Shown piece by piece: positions 48,129 to 58,807 of a stretch of 64,000 nt of DNA. The stretch covers positions 28,170 through 92,169 of the forward strand of contig JAWBVE010000002.1 in assembly GCA_038840695.1 (NCBI GenBank). Reading direction: 5' to 3'. The first letter of the stretch is position 1. Each line of letters starts with the position of its first letter. Below the pieces are notes generated by a model. That model saw only the letters and a program-made list of their open reading frames with translations. It was not told where the DNA came from and did not search any database. Position numbers and translations under genes: made by a program. The DNA comes from Candidatus Pacearchaeota archaeon. GTDB lineage: Archaea; Nanobdellota; Nanobdellia; Pacearchaeales; JAPDKA01.

Positions 48129-48479
48129 ATGGAAATTTTAAAAAAGCAAGTGGCTGAGAATAAACTAATGCATAGGAATGATGTTTATTTATTAATTAAA
48201 TCAAATGTAACTCCAAGCAAAAAAGAGCTAATTGAGGAAATTAAGAAAATATTTGGTGTAGAGGAAAGAAGGATTGATCTTAATAGGATTGAAACAAAAT
48301 TTGGCAGTCACGAGGTTGTTGTTTATGCCTCTATCTATGATAGCGAGGAATGGCTAAAGCGATTTAAGAGAGGAAAAAAGAAAGAAAAGGGTGAAGAGAG
48401 CAAGGGAGGCAAGGAAGGTGAGGCTAAAAGTGGAGAAGGAGGAGAAGGAAAAGAAGGAGAAAGGCAAGAGAAAAAATAA
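48129..48479 (+). CDS. rps24e: 30S ribosomal protein S24e
   Basis: N.L..R, TPS and I.TKFG...YA.IY motifs; operon context. Confidence 0.88.
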   Translation: MEILKKQVAENKLMHRNDVYLLIKSNVTPSKKELIEEIKKIFGVEERRIDLNRIETKFGSHEVVVYASIYDSEEWLKRFKRGKKKEKGEESKGGKEGEAKSGEGGEGKEGERQEKK

Positions 48480-48503
48480 AAAAGCCAAAAGTTAAAGTAA
48501 AAA

Positions 48504-48689
48504 ATGGCAAAAGAGGGCAAAAAAAAGAAAAAGAATAAGCCGTCAAGCAAAAGATGGGAGAAATATCAAGGCGGGAAGCCAAGATTTTGTCCGAGATGTG
48601 GACCAGGAATAATTCTTGGAAAACATAAGGATAGGCTTTATTGTGGCAAATGCCATTATACAGAATTTGTAAAGGGCGAAAAGAGCTAA
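48504..48689 (+). CDS. rps27ae: 30S ribosomal protein S27ae
   Basis: CPRCGPG....[12 protein letters not shown]. Confidence 0.93.
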   Translation: MAKEGKKKKKNKPSSKRWEKYQGGKPRFCPRCGPGIILGKHKDRLYCGKCHYTEFVKGEKS

Positions 48690-48733
48690 GCTCATAAGAA
48701 ATTGAGCTGATTGGCTATGAGTATTTTTTAAAA

Positions 48734-48784
48734 CCCTGCCAGAGGTTCAAGCCAAACAAAGACTCGGCCGAACCTCTGGTGGGG
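48734..48784 (+). other. Stable intergenic hairpin after the rpoE-S27ae operon
   Basis: CCCTGCCAGAGGTTC pairs with GAACCTCTGGTGGGG (15 bp, two G-U pairs on the plus strand). Confidence 0.6.
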
Positions 48785-48961
48785 AAAAAGAGGTGATATT
48801 ATTTTAAAGTAATTAATATTTAAAAATTTTTCGGTTACTTCAAAGTAACAATAAGAAGTGGATAGAATAGAAAAGCAATAAGCGGTATGTAGTAGTATAT
48901 TTTTTTCAAAAATAGCAATTTTGTATAGAAATACTTTTAAATTTGCTGGCTAAGGAGTATA

Positions 48962-49612
48962 ATGGTAGAGATGAATGTGACGAGCGATATTATGCTTGAA
49001 ATAAATAAGAAGCTTAATCATTTCTTGAGTGATGAAAGAAGAATAGAATTTCTCGAAAGCTTATTAAAAAAACAACTCGACAAAGAAACTAAAAAGGCTA
49101 TTTGTTTAAAGATTTCAGAGCTTTATGAAAGAAAAAATCTTGTTAATTCTTCACTTCAATACCTTATACAGGCTGAAATTTTGACTGATAAGTGGGCTGA
49201 AAAACTTCCTCTATTGATGAGAATTGCCAAAATATTTGTTAAGCTTTTTGATTTTATGAAGGCAGAGGAATACTTTAAGCAAGCTATTGAGATAGCGCCT
49301 CTTGGTGAGGTGGATGCCTTAAGACAGGAGTATATTAATTATTATATTCAGGAAGCTCAGGCATATGAAGAAAAAGGCCGCCCTCGAAAAGCAATAAAAT
49401 TCTATGAATTTTTAGCCAATAAAGGAATTAGGAGGCATGAAATGTTTCTTAAGATTGCAGATCTTTATGATATTGCAGCAATGCCCCTCGAAGCAGGAAG
49501 ATTAAGAAGACAGGCACAGCTAGAGCTCGAGGCTGAGAGAGAAAAAAGTCTCAAGACTATTGAAAAGCAAAGAGAAGAAGAAAAGCGTGCAGATAGGTTG
49601 TTATCTGACTAA
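48962..49612 (+). CDS. TPR-like helical repeat protein
   Basis: Repeated IA..Y.......A..Y...A helices. Confidence 0.7.
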   Translation: MVEMNVTSDIMLEINKKLNHFLSDERRIEFLESLLKKQLDKETKKAICLKISELYERKNLVNSSLQYLIQAEILTDKWAEKLPLLMRIAKIFVKLFDFMKAEEYFKQAIEIAPLGEVDALRQEYINYYIQEAQAYEEKGRPRKAIKFYEFLANKGIRRHEMFLKIADLYDIAAMPLEAGRLRRQAQLELEAEREKSLKTIEKQREEEKRADRLLSD

Positions 49613-49629
49613 AAATTTATAAAGCCTAA

Positions 49630-50202
49630 GTGGAGTACACTCCAAAACCTAAAAAATTAGTAATAGTGTCCGAAAAACCAACAGATCTCGTCAATCCAAA
49701 TATTAGATTTGAATATGTTAAAATAGAAGGCCCATATGTATGGTTTAAAATAAATGAACTGCCTGAGCATATACGCAATGCAACTGACCTGGCTAAAGAT
49801 TTTAATTATTTAGACAAAAAATCTGAAGATAGATATAAAGAAGTAGGGTCCTCAGATATATATAGATGCAAAGGGAGGTGTGAACGAGTAGGAAATTTAA
49901 TTAGAAAGAAAGAGAGCTTATTTGTTAAGGCCACAAGGAGAGGCTTTGGAAATGAAAACACATATTTCACATTTGCGGGAAAAAGCAACGGATATGATGT
50001 TTTTGAAATAAGAATACCACCACACGTGGATAGTTTGACAGAACTCGTAAAAGAATTTAATTATCTTGATGTTGTTGAAAATAATGATAAATATTACCGT
50101 ATAAAATTTGAAGATGTGTTGAATCCAAAAACTGGCAAACCAGTTGGAGCACGAATTTTTAAAAATCAGCGCGTTTATATATTAGCCAAACCCAGAAAAT
50201 AA
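49630..50202 (+). CDS. Hypothetical protein with internal two-fold repeat
   Basis: PEHIRNATDLAKDFNYLD versus PPHVDSLTELVKEFNYLD; GTG start uncertain. Confidence 0.6.
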   Translation: MEYTPKPKKLVIVSEKPTDLVNPNIRFEYVKIEGPYVWFKINELPEHIRNATDLAKDFNYLDKKSEDRYKEVGSSDIYRCKGRCERVGNLIRKKESLFVKATRRGFGNENTYFTFAGKSNGYDVFEIRIPPHVDSLTELVKEFNYLDVVENNDKYYRIKFEDVLNPKTGKPVGARIFKNQRVYILAKPRK

Positions 50203-50344
50203 TTAGATGCTAGTTTTGTTTTATGCTTATTCGATTTTAAATTATAAGCATAAAAATTTAAATTTAAAGAACAAATTTATGTAATTTAATTGTGCAAAAT
50301 ATTTACAAATATCAATCTCTTAAATAAAAATCGTTAAAAAAAAA

Positions 50345-53341
50345 ATGAACATTGAGGAATTAAAAAAAATTCAATTTGAGCATGAGGAATGGCTCAGGGA
50401 GAGAGAGATCTATAAAAGGCTTTTTGCACGAGAAGGAAAGAAGTTTTATTTTCTTGATGGCCCACCATATGCAAATGATGTGCCTCATATAGGCCATATA
50501 AAAAATTTTATTATAAAGGACTTAGTTTTAAGACAAAAAGCAATGCAGGGCTATAAGATTTTTTTTAAGCCAGGCTTTGATACGCATGGCTTACCAATAG
50601 AGAATGCTGTCGAGAAGAAGCTAGGGTTAAAAAGCAAGAAAGATATTGAAAACCTTGGCGTTGATAGATTCTTAAAAATATGCAGAGAGAATGCAACTCT
50701 TAACAAAGATTTATGGCTTATTGTCTATAAGCTCTATGGCTTTGTTTTTCACAACATCGAGCCATATCTAACTTATAATAATTCCTACATTGAAAGTGCA
50801 TGGTGGACTTTTAAGAGACTTTGGGAGAAAGGACTTGTTTATAAAGGCACAAGACCTGTTCATTTCTGTTCTCATTGCGGAACAAGCCTGGCAGGCTATG
50901 AAGTTACAGATAGCTATATAACATTGAAGGATCCAAGTATCTATGTTCTTTTTAAGTTAAAGGAGAAAGTAAGAGGAAAAGAGGCTTATATGCTTGTCTG
51001 GACAACTACTCCCTGGACTCTTGCAGCTAATGTTGCACTAGCTATAAGAGAAGATGCAGATTATGCTCTTGTTCAGCTGAGTGATGGCAGGCATATCATT
51101 TTAGCCGAATCACGACTTGAGCTTTTATCTGAGCTCGGCTATGCTTTCACGCTTATAGAAAAGTTAAAGGGAAAAGAGCTTGTTGGCTTGAGTTATGAGC
51201 CTATCCTTGACTTGCCAATCCAAGCAGAGCTCGAAGAGATGAAAGCAAAAAATCCAGCAATTCATACAATCATTGCAAGCATAAAAATGTTGAAGGAAAG
51301 AATAGCTAGCAAGACTGCTGCAAAAAAAGGCATAGCGACTAGCGAACTTTATGAGGATTTTGTAAATCTTAATGAGGGAACTGGCATAGTTCATACTGCG
51401 GGTGGCCATGGCAAAACAGACTATGAAATAAGCTGCCACTACAATCTGCCTTCTGTAAGTCCTCTCGATGATGAATGTAAATTTGATGAGAGGGCAGGAA
51501 AGCTTAGAGGAAGCTATGTTAAGGATGCAGATAAGATAATTATAGCTGAGCTCGAAAAAGAAGGCAAGCTACTTTTTGCTACAGAAATAAGCCATACCTA
51601 TCCAATATGCTGGCGTTGTAAAACACCTTTAATTGTTAAGCTAAGTGAACAATATTTCATTAGTATAGGCCCTATAAAGCAAAAAATGCTCGACGAGATA
51701 GAGCGAGTTAGATGGCTTCCAGAATTTGCTAAAGAAAGAATGTTTAATTGGGTAATCAATGCAAGTGATTGGAATATAAGTAGGCAACGCTATTGGGGAA
51801 TCCCAATGCCGATATGGCAATGCAGCAATCCTGCTTGCAAAGCTACAAAAGTAATTGCTTCATTCAAAGAGCTTGATGAAGAGATGCGCAAAATTAACAA
51901 GAGTTTAAGCGAGAGTTTTGATTTGCATAATGCTATAAAGATAAAGCTTAGTTGTGATGAGTGTGGCTCTGAGATGGAAAAGGTGCCTTATATTTTTGAT
52001 GTTTGGTTTGATTCGAGTATTGCGGCATGGGCGAGTCTTGGCTATCCTTATTATGATGATGATCTTTTTGATACTTTATGGCCTGCCGACAGAATAAATG
52101 AAGGCCAAGATCAAATCAGAGGATGGTTTTATGCTTTGCTTTTTTCAGGAGTTGCATGCTTTGGTAGGGCCCCTTATAAAGAAGTAAGCATGGTAGGCTG
52201 GATCGTTGATGAAAAAGGCGAAAAAATGTCAAAAAGTTTAGGAAATGTTGTTTATGCAAAATCAGCTGTTGAGCAATTTGGAGCAGATTTGCTTAGATTT
52301 TATCTTCTTTATGATGCCCCACCGTCAGGCATTCAAGCAATAAATTTGGAAAATGTAACAAAGGAGCCACTAAAATTTTTTAATACACTCCATAACATAT
52401 GGAATTTTTATGCTCAAATAGGCCCTGCTGAGAGAGCGAGTGAGGAGATAGAGGATAGGTTATTTTTATCAAAGTTAAACAGCCTAATAAAAAATTACAC
52501 AGAAGCCATAGATAATTTTGAATTAAATACAGCATTAAAATTGCTTTATGATTTTGTATTGAATGATTTTAGCAGGACTTATATAAAACTTGTTAGAGAA
52601 AAAGCAGCAAGGAAAAAGCTGCTAATAAAAAAAGCTCTGAAAGAGATATGCAAGCTGCTATGCATTGTAAGCCCTTTTTATGCGGATTGGCTCTGGCAAA
52701 AGCTAAGAGAAGAGAGCGATGAGGAAAGCGTTGTTCTCGAAAAATGGCCAAAGTATAATGAAAAGCTAATCGATTCTGCGCTCGAAGAAAATTTTAAGTT
52801 GATTGAAAAAATTATTGAGGCAGGGCTTGCAATTAGGGCAAGCTCGAAGCTAAATCTTAGATGGCCACTCAATGCAGCTTTTATTTTTACTGATGATGAA
52901 AAAGCAATAAATGCGGTTAAGCAATTCGAGGAACTTTTAAAGGCTCAGTTGAATGTTAAGAGGCTTGTTCTTGCAAGAACAAAGGATTTAAGGAGCAAAG
53001 ATGAAAGCGTCCAGGTCTTAGTTGGCCTTTTCATAGCTTTAAGCAAAGAAATCAGCAAAGAACTTCTTGCAGAGGGTTTTGCGAGGGAAATAGCAAGACA
53101 TGTTCAGGATGCAAGGAAAAGATTAAATTTAAAAAAAGAAAATGAAATTGAATTAGAGCTAGTTATGGATAACGAGCTTCTTGCTCTCTTGAGAGAGTAT
53201 AAAGGAGATAGCTGGATAAAACAAAAAGTAAATGCAAGAAGCTTTAGCATTGCTCTAGAAAAAAGCCCAAAGAAGTTTGATTTTGAAGAAGATATTGGAG
53301 TGAGGGAAAAAGTGATTGGAATAAGAATCAATAAGATCTAG
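50345..53341 (+). CDS. ileS: Isoleucyl-tRNA synthetase
   Basis: DGPPYAN..HIGH, WTTTPWTL, DWNISRQRYWG, EGQDQ.RGWF and KMSKS motifs. Confidence 0.97.
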   Translation: MNIEELKKIQFEHEEWLREREIYKRLFAREGKKFYFLDGPPYANDVPHIGHIKNFIIKDLVLRQKAMQGYKIFFKPGFDTHGLPIENAVEKKLGLKSKKDIENLGVDRFLKICRENATLNKDLWLIVYKLYGFVFHNIEPYLTYNNSYIESAWWTFKRLWEKGLVYKGTRPVHFCSHCGTSLAGYEVTDSYITLKDPSIYVLFKLKEKVRGKEAYMLVWTTTPWTLAANVALAIREDADYALVQLSDGRHIILAESRLELLSELGYAFTLIEKLKGKELVGLSYEPILDLPIQAELEEMKAKNPAIHTIIASIKMLKERIASKTAAKKGIATSELYEDFVNLNEGTGIVHTAGGHGKTDYEISCHYNLPSVSPLDDECKFDERAGKLRGSYVKDADKIIIAELEKEGKLLFATEISHTYPICWRCKTPLIVKLSEQYFISIGPIKQKMLDEIERVRWLPEFAKERMFNWVINASDWNISRQRYWGIPMPIWQCSNPACKATKVIASFKELDEEMRKINKSLSESFDLHNAIKIKLSCDECGSEMEKVPYIFDVWFDSSIAAWASLGYPYYDDDLFDTLWPADRINEGQDQIRGWFYALLFSGVACFGRAPYKEVSMVGWIVDEKGEKMSKSLGNVVYAKSAVEQFGADLLRFYLLYDAPPSGIQAINLENVTKEPLKFFNTLHNIWNFYAQIGPAERASEEIEDRLFLSKLNSLIKNYTEAIDNFELNTALKLLYDFVLNDFSRTYIKLVREKAARKKLLIKKALKEICKLLCIVSPFYADWLWQKLREESDEESVVLEKWPKYNEKLIDSALEENFKLIEKIIEAGLAIRASSKLNLRWPLNAAFIFTDDEKAINAVKQFEELLKAQLNVKRLVLARTKDLRSKDESVQVLVGLFIALSKEISKELLAEGFAREIARHVQDARKRLNLKKENEIELELVMDNELLALLREYKGDSWIKQKVNARSFSIALEKSPKKFDFEEDIGVREKVIGIRINKI

Positions 53342-53370
53342 CATCAGTAACATCTAGTAGCATCTAGTGT

Positions 53371-54288
53371 TTAGCTTAGTTTAATTCCTGCCTCATTCTT
53401 TAATACATCGCCAAAGCCACTACCAATGCCATAGCCAAAACTATAAAAGCCAAAGCTGAAAAGCTTTTTTATTTGTTCAATCAAGGAGCTTGGCTTTGTA
53501 AGCTCGATCAGTTCTATGCTTTTATTTAACTCTTGCTCTAGCTCAGCTTTAATCTCATCAAAATAAGCAATCTTATCTATAAGCCCTTTCTCGAGTGCTT
53601 CCTCAGCAATAAAAAATTCACCGTTTGCAAGTTCAAGAGCCCTTTCTTTACTTATATTTCTATTTTCTGCAACTTCATTAATGAAAGCATCATAAATTAG
53701 TTGAAGCTTTTTTTCTAAAAGTGCCCTTTCGCTTTCAGTTATATGCTTTAAAGGATTGGCCATTTCTTTGTAAGCCCCTTTTGTTAAATTGATATAGCTT
53801 ATATTATAGCGCTCAAGTAAGCCTGCAAACTCAAGATAGCTTGCTGTCACACCAATGCTACCAACAAGAGCCATGCTACTTGCATAAATTCTATCAGCAG
53901 CACTCGCCACAAGATAAGCCCCACTTAGGCCTTCTTCATCAATATAAGCTACTACTGGCTTTGTTGAATTTGTCTTAAAATTTTTTATTGCACGCTCTAT
54001 TTTAAAGCTCGATACAGCAGAACCGCCTGGCGAGTCAATATAAAGCAGCACTCCATCATAGCTTTGAGCTTTTTTTATTGCACTAATTATTTCGTCAGGA
54101 TTTGATGTTTTTGTAAAATAAAAGCCCTCTTTAGCTATTGGCCCTTCAAGCCTTATCACAGCAATGCGCGCTTTTCCATGCCTGCCTTGCCCGCCTGCTA
54201 AGTTTGAAGAGGAAAGAATAATTAAGACAATCAGCGCTATAACTAAAATAAAAACCAAAACAGCTAAAAGTCTTTTTTTCTTCTTCAT
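53371..54288 (-). CDS. sppA: Signal peptide peptidase SppA (S49)
   Basis: IDSPGGS, SGAY..AS.AD, GSIGV and GLID motifs. Confidence 0.92.
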   Translation of the reverse strand: MKKKKRLLAVLVFILVIALIVLIILSSSNLAGGQGRHGKARIAVIRLEGPIAKEGFYFTKTSNPDEIISAIKKAQSYDGVLLYIDSPGGSAVSSFKIERAIKNFKTNSTKPVVAYIDEEGLSGAYLVASAADRIYASSMALVGSIGVTASYLEFAGLLERYNISYINLTKGAYKEMANPLKHITESERALLEKKLQLIYDAFINEVAENRNISKERALELANGEFFIAEEALEKGLIDKIAYFDEIKAELEQELNKSIELIELTKPSSLIEQIKKLFSFGFYSFGYGIGSGFGDVLKNEAGIKLS

Positions 54289-54411
54289 TAAATCTTAAAG
54301 TTGCCTGTTTTTAAATCTTGTTCCATGTTATTGCAATTATTGCTATTATTGCAATTATTACCACTATTGCTGTCAAACATCTTTAATAATTATTTAATTC
54401 TGCTAGCTTTC

Positions 54412-54705
54412 TTATGCTATAGCCTTTTTTGCATATTTTTCTATTATTTTATCAAACTTGCCTTGCTTGTATTTTCTTATTGCTATGTACTCCCCGAAGT
54501 CAAAGAACTTGTCGATGATTGGCTTATACTCTTTTTCTTCTTCTTCGATTTGCTTTAAGACATATTCCTTACCTCTCTTAATTGTAGTATTTATTAAATA
54601 CTGTTTCTTGTAGTAGTAAGGAAGAATAGTTGAGCCAATCACAATCCCTGCACCCATACCACCAACTATTCCTAAGAGCACATTTTCAAGCATTTTTTCA
54701 AGCAT
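54412..54705 (-). CDS. Small membrane-anchored hypothetical protein
   Basis: 97 aa with an N-terminal Gly-rich TM helix. Confidence 0.5.
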   Translation of the reverse strand: MLEKMLENVLLGIVGGMGAGIVIGSTILPYYYKKQYLINTTIKRGKEYVLKQIEEEEKEYKPIIDKFFDFGEYIAIRKYKQGKFDKIIEKYAKKAIA

Positions 54706-54797
54706 TTTCTCTTGTTTTTATTTTATTTTTTTTATTTTTTTTATTTTATTTTTTATTTTATTTCCTGTTTTTTTGTTTTTTTGCGTGCCAGAGTGAG

Positions 54798-54879
54798 CGC
54801 CAGGGGTGGGACTCGAACCCACAAGTCCTTTCGGACGCAGGATTAGCAATCCTGTGCCATACCATTAGGCGACCCTGGC
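54798..54879 (-). tRNA. tRNA-Ser(GCT)
   Basis: Minus strand GCCAGGG/CCCTGGC acceptor stem; CAGGA-TTGCTAA-TCCTG anticodon arm; variable arm GTCCGAAAGGAC. Confidence 0.95.
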
Positions 54880-54988
54880 ATTAAGAATAAAGCTTTATAT
54901 TTTTTTAAGTTTATCTATTCAAAAAATTTAAAAATCTTTAAAAACAATACAAAATATTAGCAAAATATATAAAAATTAAAAATAAATT

Positions 54989-57619
54989 ATGAAAAAAGCT
55001 ATGAAAAAAGAGGTGAAAATTGAATTTTTTTTATTTTTATTAGCTGTTGTAATCCTCTTTATTTTTACAAGCTCATTAATATATGCTGAGATATGCGAGT
55101 GTGATAGCTGTGGAAGTTGCAAGAATGCATTGAATAATGCCAGTTGTACAGAGGTAAGATTAACAGCAAACATAACAAATTTTGCAGGAACTTGCATTGA
55201 TAATCCTGAAAATTTTAACAACAAAATTTTTGATTGCCAAGGAAATACTATTGATGGTGTCGGGAATGGTTATGGAATTTATTTGGATAACAAACAAAAC
55301 AACACAATAAAAAATTGTATAATTACTGACTTCCAATTTGGAATCTATTTAAAATCTTCCTCATCAAACAACACCCTGACAAACAACACTGCAAGCTCAA
55401 ATAGTTATGGAATTTATTTAGATTCTTCATCAAACAACACCCTGACAAACAACACTGCAAATTCAAATATTCAAAGTGGAATTTATTTATCTTCCTCATC
55501 AAACAACACATTAATAAATAACACTGCCAATTCTAACGTTAATTATCATGGGATTTATTTATATAACTCATCAAACAACAATAACTTAATAAATAACACT
55601 ATTAATTTAAATAATCAAAGCGGAATCTATTTAGGATTTTCACATAACAATATATTAACAAACAACAATGCAAGCTTAAATAATCAGTATGGAATTTATT
55701 TATATTCTTCATCAAACAACATCTTAACAGATAATGTAGTCATCAATTCAACTACCAAGGATGGAATTGAGTTATATAACTCATCAAACAACATCCTGAC
55801 AAACAACATTGCAAGCTTAAATAATCAGACAGGAATTTATTTATCCTATTCATCAAACAACATCCTAACAAATAACACTGTAAACTCGAATCGTAATATT
55901 GGGATTGCTTTGGGTTATTCCTCAAATAATAATACTTTAGTAAATAACAACGTAAGCGGAAATGCCTATAGAGGAATTTCTTTATACGATTCCTCAAATA
56001 ATACTTTAGTAAACAATACTGCTAATTCAAACGGGTATGGAATTTATTTATCTTCTTCAAACAACATCCTGACAAATAACACTGCAAACTCAAATTATGA
56101 TGGAATTTATTTATCTTCTTCATCAAACAACATCCTAGCAAACAACAATGCAAGCTCAAATAGTCATGATGGAATTTCTTTATATTCTTCATCCTACAAC
56201 ACTTTAACGAATAACACTGCAAGCTCAAATAGCGAGAATGGAATTTATTTATATAACTCATCAAACAACACCCTGACAAACAACACTGCAAGCTTAAATA
56301 ATTATGGAATTTTTTTATATTCTTCATTAAACAATAATTTGACAGATAACATTGTTAGTTCAAATACTCTATATGGAATTCGTTTAGATTCTTCATCAAA
56401 CAATAACATTTATAATAACTTCTTTAACAACACAAATAACTTTTATTTTGAGGGAACAAATATAAATAACTGGAATATAACAAAGACGCCTGGAACAAAT
56501 ATAGTAGGAGGGCCTTATATTGGCGGAAATTTTTGGGTAGGATTTAGTGAAACTTGCACAGATGCTGATGAAGATGGGATTTGCGACTCAAATTATACTC
56601 TTACTCAAGACAATGTCGATTACTTGCCTTTGACATTCTATTTTAACAAAGCGCCACAAATAATTTTGAATGAGCCAGCAAATGGTACACAATTCAATAC
56701 TCAAAGCATTAACTTTAACTTTACTGCTATAGATGATTTAAACGCCATGCTTAGCTGTTCAATTTACTTAGATGACACGTTAAGACAAACAAACTCAAGC
56801 GTACAAAACAATACTTTAACTAATTTCTTAATTAGCGGAATTTCATATGGTGCTCATAGCTGGTTCATTAATTGCTCTGATGGAAGCCTAAGCAATGTAA
56901 GCGAGGTAAGATACTTTACAATAGCCACGAGTGGTGGTGGAGGCAGTGGCGCAGGCGGAGGAGGCGGCGGTGGTGGTGGTGGAGGCAGTGGCGCAGGCGG
57001 AGGAGGCGGAGGAGGAGCTGGCAGCGGAGCAGCAGGCGGAGCTGGCGGAGGAATGCCCCCTGTTTGCGGAGATGGAATATGTGATTTAAGTGAGAATTAC
57101 TTGAATTGCCCACAGGACTGTGCTGCTCCTAGTGAGCCGCCTGAAAATGTGAGCGAGGATTTAGGGGATATTGGAGAAGGCAAGGAATGTGGAGGAAGTA
57201 GAGGATATGTTTTTAGGTTTAGGGTGAAAGGGCAAGAGCATATAGGGCAGATAGGTGAAATAAAATCAAATAGAGCAATCTTGTTTATCTGGAGCAGTCC
57301 TATAAGAATAGATTTAGTTATGGGCCAAGCAGAGCAAATTGATTTAGATGGCAATAATCTTGCTGAGCTTGAAATTTTGCTAGAAAAGATTGAAAATGGT
57401 AAAGTGCTCTTGCTATTGAAAGAATTGAAAGAAGGAGAGGAACAGGAAAGAGAGGAACAGCCTAGTGTAGAGCCTCAACCAGTGCAGCCACCACAACCAA
57501 GAGCATCTGCATGGGTATTAATAATCATAGCCGCTATAATTCTAGTTGTAATAATTGTAGCAATAATCATTCGCAGCACACACAAGAAAAAGCAAAAGCC
57601 TAAAAGCAATCAACATTAA
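54989..57619 (+). CDS. Cell-surface right-handed beta-helix (NosD/CASH) protein with Gly-rich linker and C-terminal TM anchor
   Basis: Signal/TM helix; many GIYL.SSSNN.L.NN.A..N repeats; GGNFW; Ig-like domain; poly-Gly; CGDG.C...E....CP.DC; C-terminal TM helix plus basic tail. Confidence 0.9.
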   Translation: MKKAMKKEVKIEFFLFLLAVVILFIFTSSLIYAEICECDSCGSCKNALNNASCTEVRLTANITNFAGTCIDNPENFNNKIFDCQGNTIDGVGNGYGIYLDNKQNNTIKNCIITDFQFGIYLKSSSSNNTLTNNTASSNSYGIYLDSSSNNTLTNNTANSNIQSGIYLSSSSNNTLINNTANSNVNYHGIYLYNSSNNNNLINNTINLNNQSGIYLGFSHNNILTNNNASLNNQYGIYLYSSSNNILTDNVVINSTTKDGIELYNSSNNILTNNIASLNNQTGIYLSYSSNNILTNNTVNSNRNIGIALGYSSNNNTLVNNNVSGNAYRGISLYDSSNNTLVNNTANSNGYGIYLSSSNNILTNNTANSNYDGIYLSSSSNNILANNNASSNSHDGISLYSSSYNTLTNNTASSNSENGIYLYNSSNNTLTNNTASLNNYGIFLYSSLNNNLTDNIVSSNTLYGIRLDSSSNNNIYNNFFNNTNNFYFEGTNINNWNITKTPGTNIVGGPYIGGNFWVGFSETCTDADEDGICDSNYTLTQDNVDYLPLTFYFNKAPQIILNEPANGTQFNTQSINFNFTAIDDLNAMLSCSIYLDDTLRQTNSSVQNNTLTNFLISGISYGAHSWFINCSDGSLSNVSEVRYFTIATSGGGGSGAGGGGGGGGGGGSGAGGGGGGGAGSGAAGGAGGGMPPVCGDGICDLSENYLNCPQDCAAPSEPPENVSEDLGDIGEGKECGGSRGYVFRFRVKGQEHIGQIGEIKSNRAILFIWSSPIRIDLVMGQAEQIDLDGNNLAELEILLEKIENGKVLLLLKELKEGEEQEREEQPSVEPQPVQPPQPRASAWVLIIIAAIILVVIIVAIIIRSTHKKKQKPKSNQH

Positions 57620-57709
57620 AATAATTGCAATAGTGGAGAAAGAGTCAGCAAAGAATTCGGGAAGGCAAAGCTTGGCTTTTGCATTTAGTTTTTCTGTTTT
57701 TCCGATTGC

Positions 57710-58789
57710 ATGCTTAAACTTAAAAAATCAAAACAGAATTTAATTAAGATGAGGTTTATCCTTACTTGCGATCCAGGCTTAGAGGATATAGTTGGGCGAG
57801 AGCTAAAGGAAAAAATAAAAAGTGCAAAAATTTTAGGTAAGCTTTTGAGCTTGCCAGGAAAATTGTTAGTGGAAACTAGATTCAGTCAGATCAAAAAACT
57901 TTTTTCTTTAAGGTCTATTCATCATATAGCAAAGCTCATATCTTCTTTTCAAATTTCAACTTTTGATAGGAGTGCATTGGAAGAAATAGCTTTGGAGCTT
58001 AAAAAAATAAATTTTTCAGAAATTTTTAAGAATAAAAAGAGTTTTAGAATTACTTCACAAAGGGTAGGTTTACATTCTTTCACTTCCATTGAAGTTCAAA
58101 GAGTTGCCGGCCAGGTCATTCAGGAAAAATATAAACTTAAAGTTGATCTCAAAAATTTTGATGTTAACTTAAGAGTTGATGTTTTTGGAAGAGATGTTTT
58201 GATTTCTTTACACTTAACAAAAGAATCTTTGTACAAAAGATTTAAGCTTCCATTTGTGCATCCAGCAGCGATAAAGTCAACCATAGCTTATGGTCTAATA
58301 AGGATTGCAGATGTAAAAGAAGGCGAAGTTGTTCTTGATCCAATGTGTGGGGGGGGTACAATTCTTTTGGAGCTAGCCGATATATTTAAAAACAAGATAA
58401 AAATTTTTGGAAGTGATATAAATGAAAAGTTTGTTGAAGGCGCTATTAAAAATGCAAAAGCAAACAATTTGGAAAAATTCATAAATTTTAAGGTTTTGGA
58501 CGCAACAAAACTTGAGCAAGCCTTTGAAAAAAATTCAATTGATAAAATTATTACTGACTTGCCCTATGGAGTAAGGATGAAGAGAAAAAACTTAAAATCT
58601 ATCTATGAGAAGTTCTTAGTTTCTTCCTATGAAGTATTGAAGGATTACGGAAGGATTGTGGCTTCAACTTTAAGAGCAGACTCTTTCAGAATTTTTGTGC
58701 TAAGAACAAAAAAATTTAAAATTGTAGAAGAAAAAGTCGTAGAATCTGGTGGTTTATATCCACATATTTTTGTTCTAGAAAAACTCTAG
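57710..58789 (+). CDS. THUMP-domain tRNA guanine-N2 methyltransferase (Trm14/TrmN-like)
   Basis: THUMP domain; HPAA, LDPMCGGGTI, GSDI and DLPYG motifs. Confidence 0.85.
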   Translation: MLKLKKSKQNLIKMRFILTCDPGLEDIVGRELKEKIKSAKILGKLLSLPGKLLVETRFSQIKKLFSLRSIHHIAKLISSFQISTFDRSALEEIALELKKINFSEIFKNKKSFRITSQRVGLHSFTSIEVQRVAGQVIQEKYKLKVDLKNFDVNLRVDVFGRDVLISLHLTKESLYKRFKLPFVHPAAIKSTIAYGLIRIADVKEGEVVLDPMCGGGTILLELADIFKNKIKIFGSDINEKFVEGAIKNAKANNLEKFINFKVLDATKLEQAFEKNSIDKIITDLPYGVRMKRKNLKSIYEKFLVSSYEVLKDYGRIVASTLRADSFRIFVLRTKKFKIVEEKVVESGGLYPHIFVLEKL

Positions 58790-58807
58790 TTCATGAAAGG
58801 CTCTAGT

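Noticed and set aside
54301-54375. TTATTGC-type short repeats and an overlapping 85-aa plus-strand ORF
   Set aside because: Low-complexity microsatellite; the ORF overlaps a better minus-strand gene.
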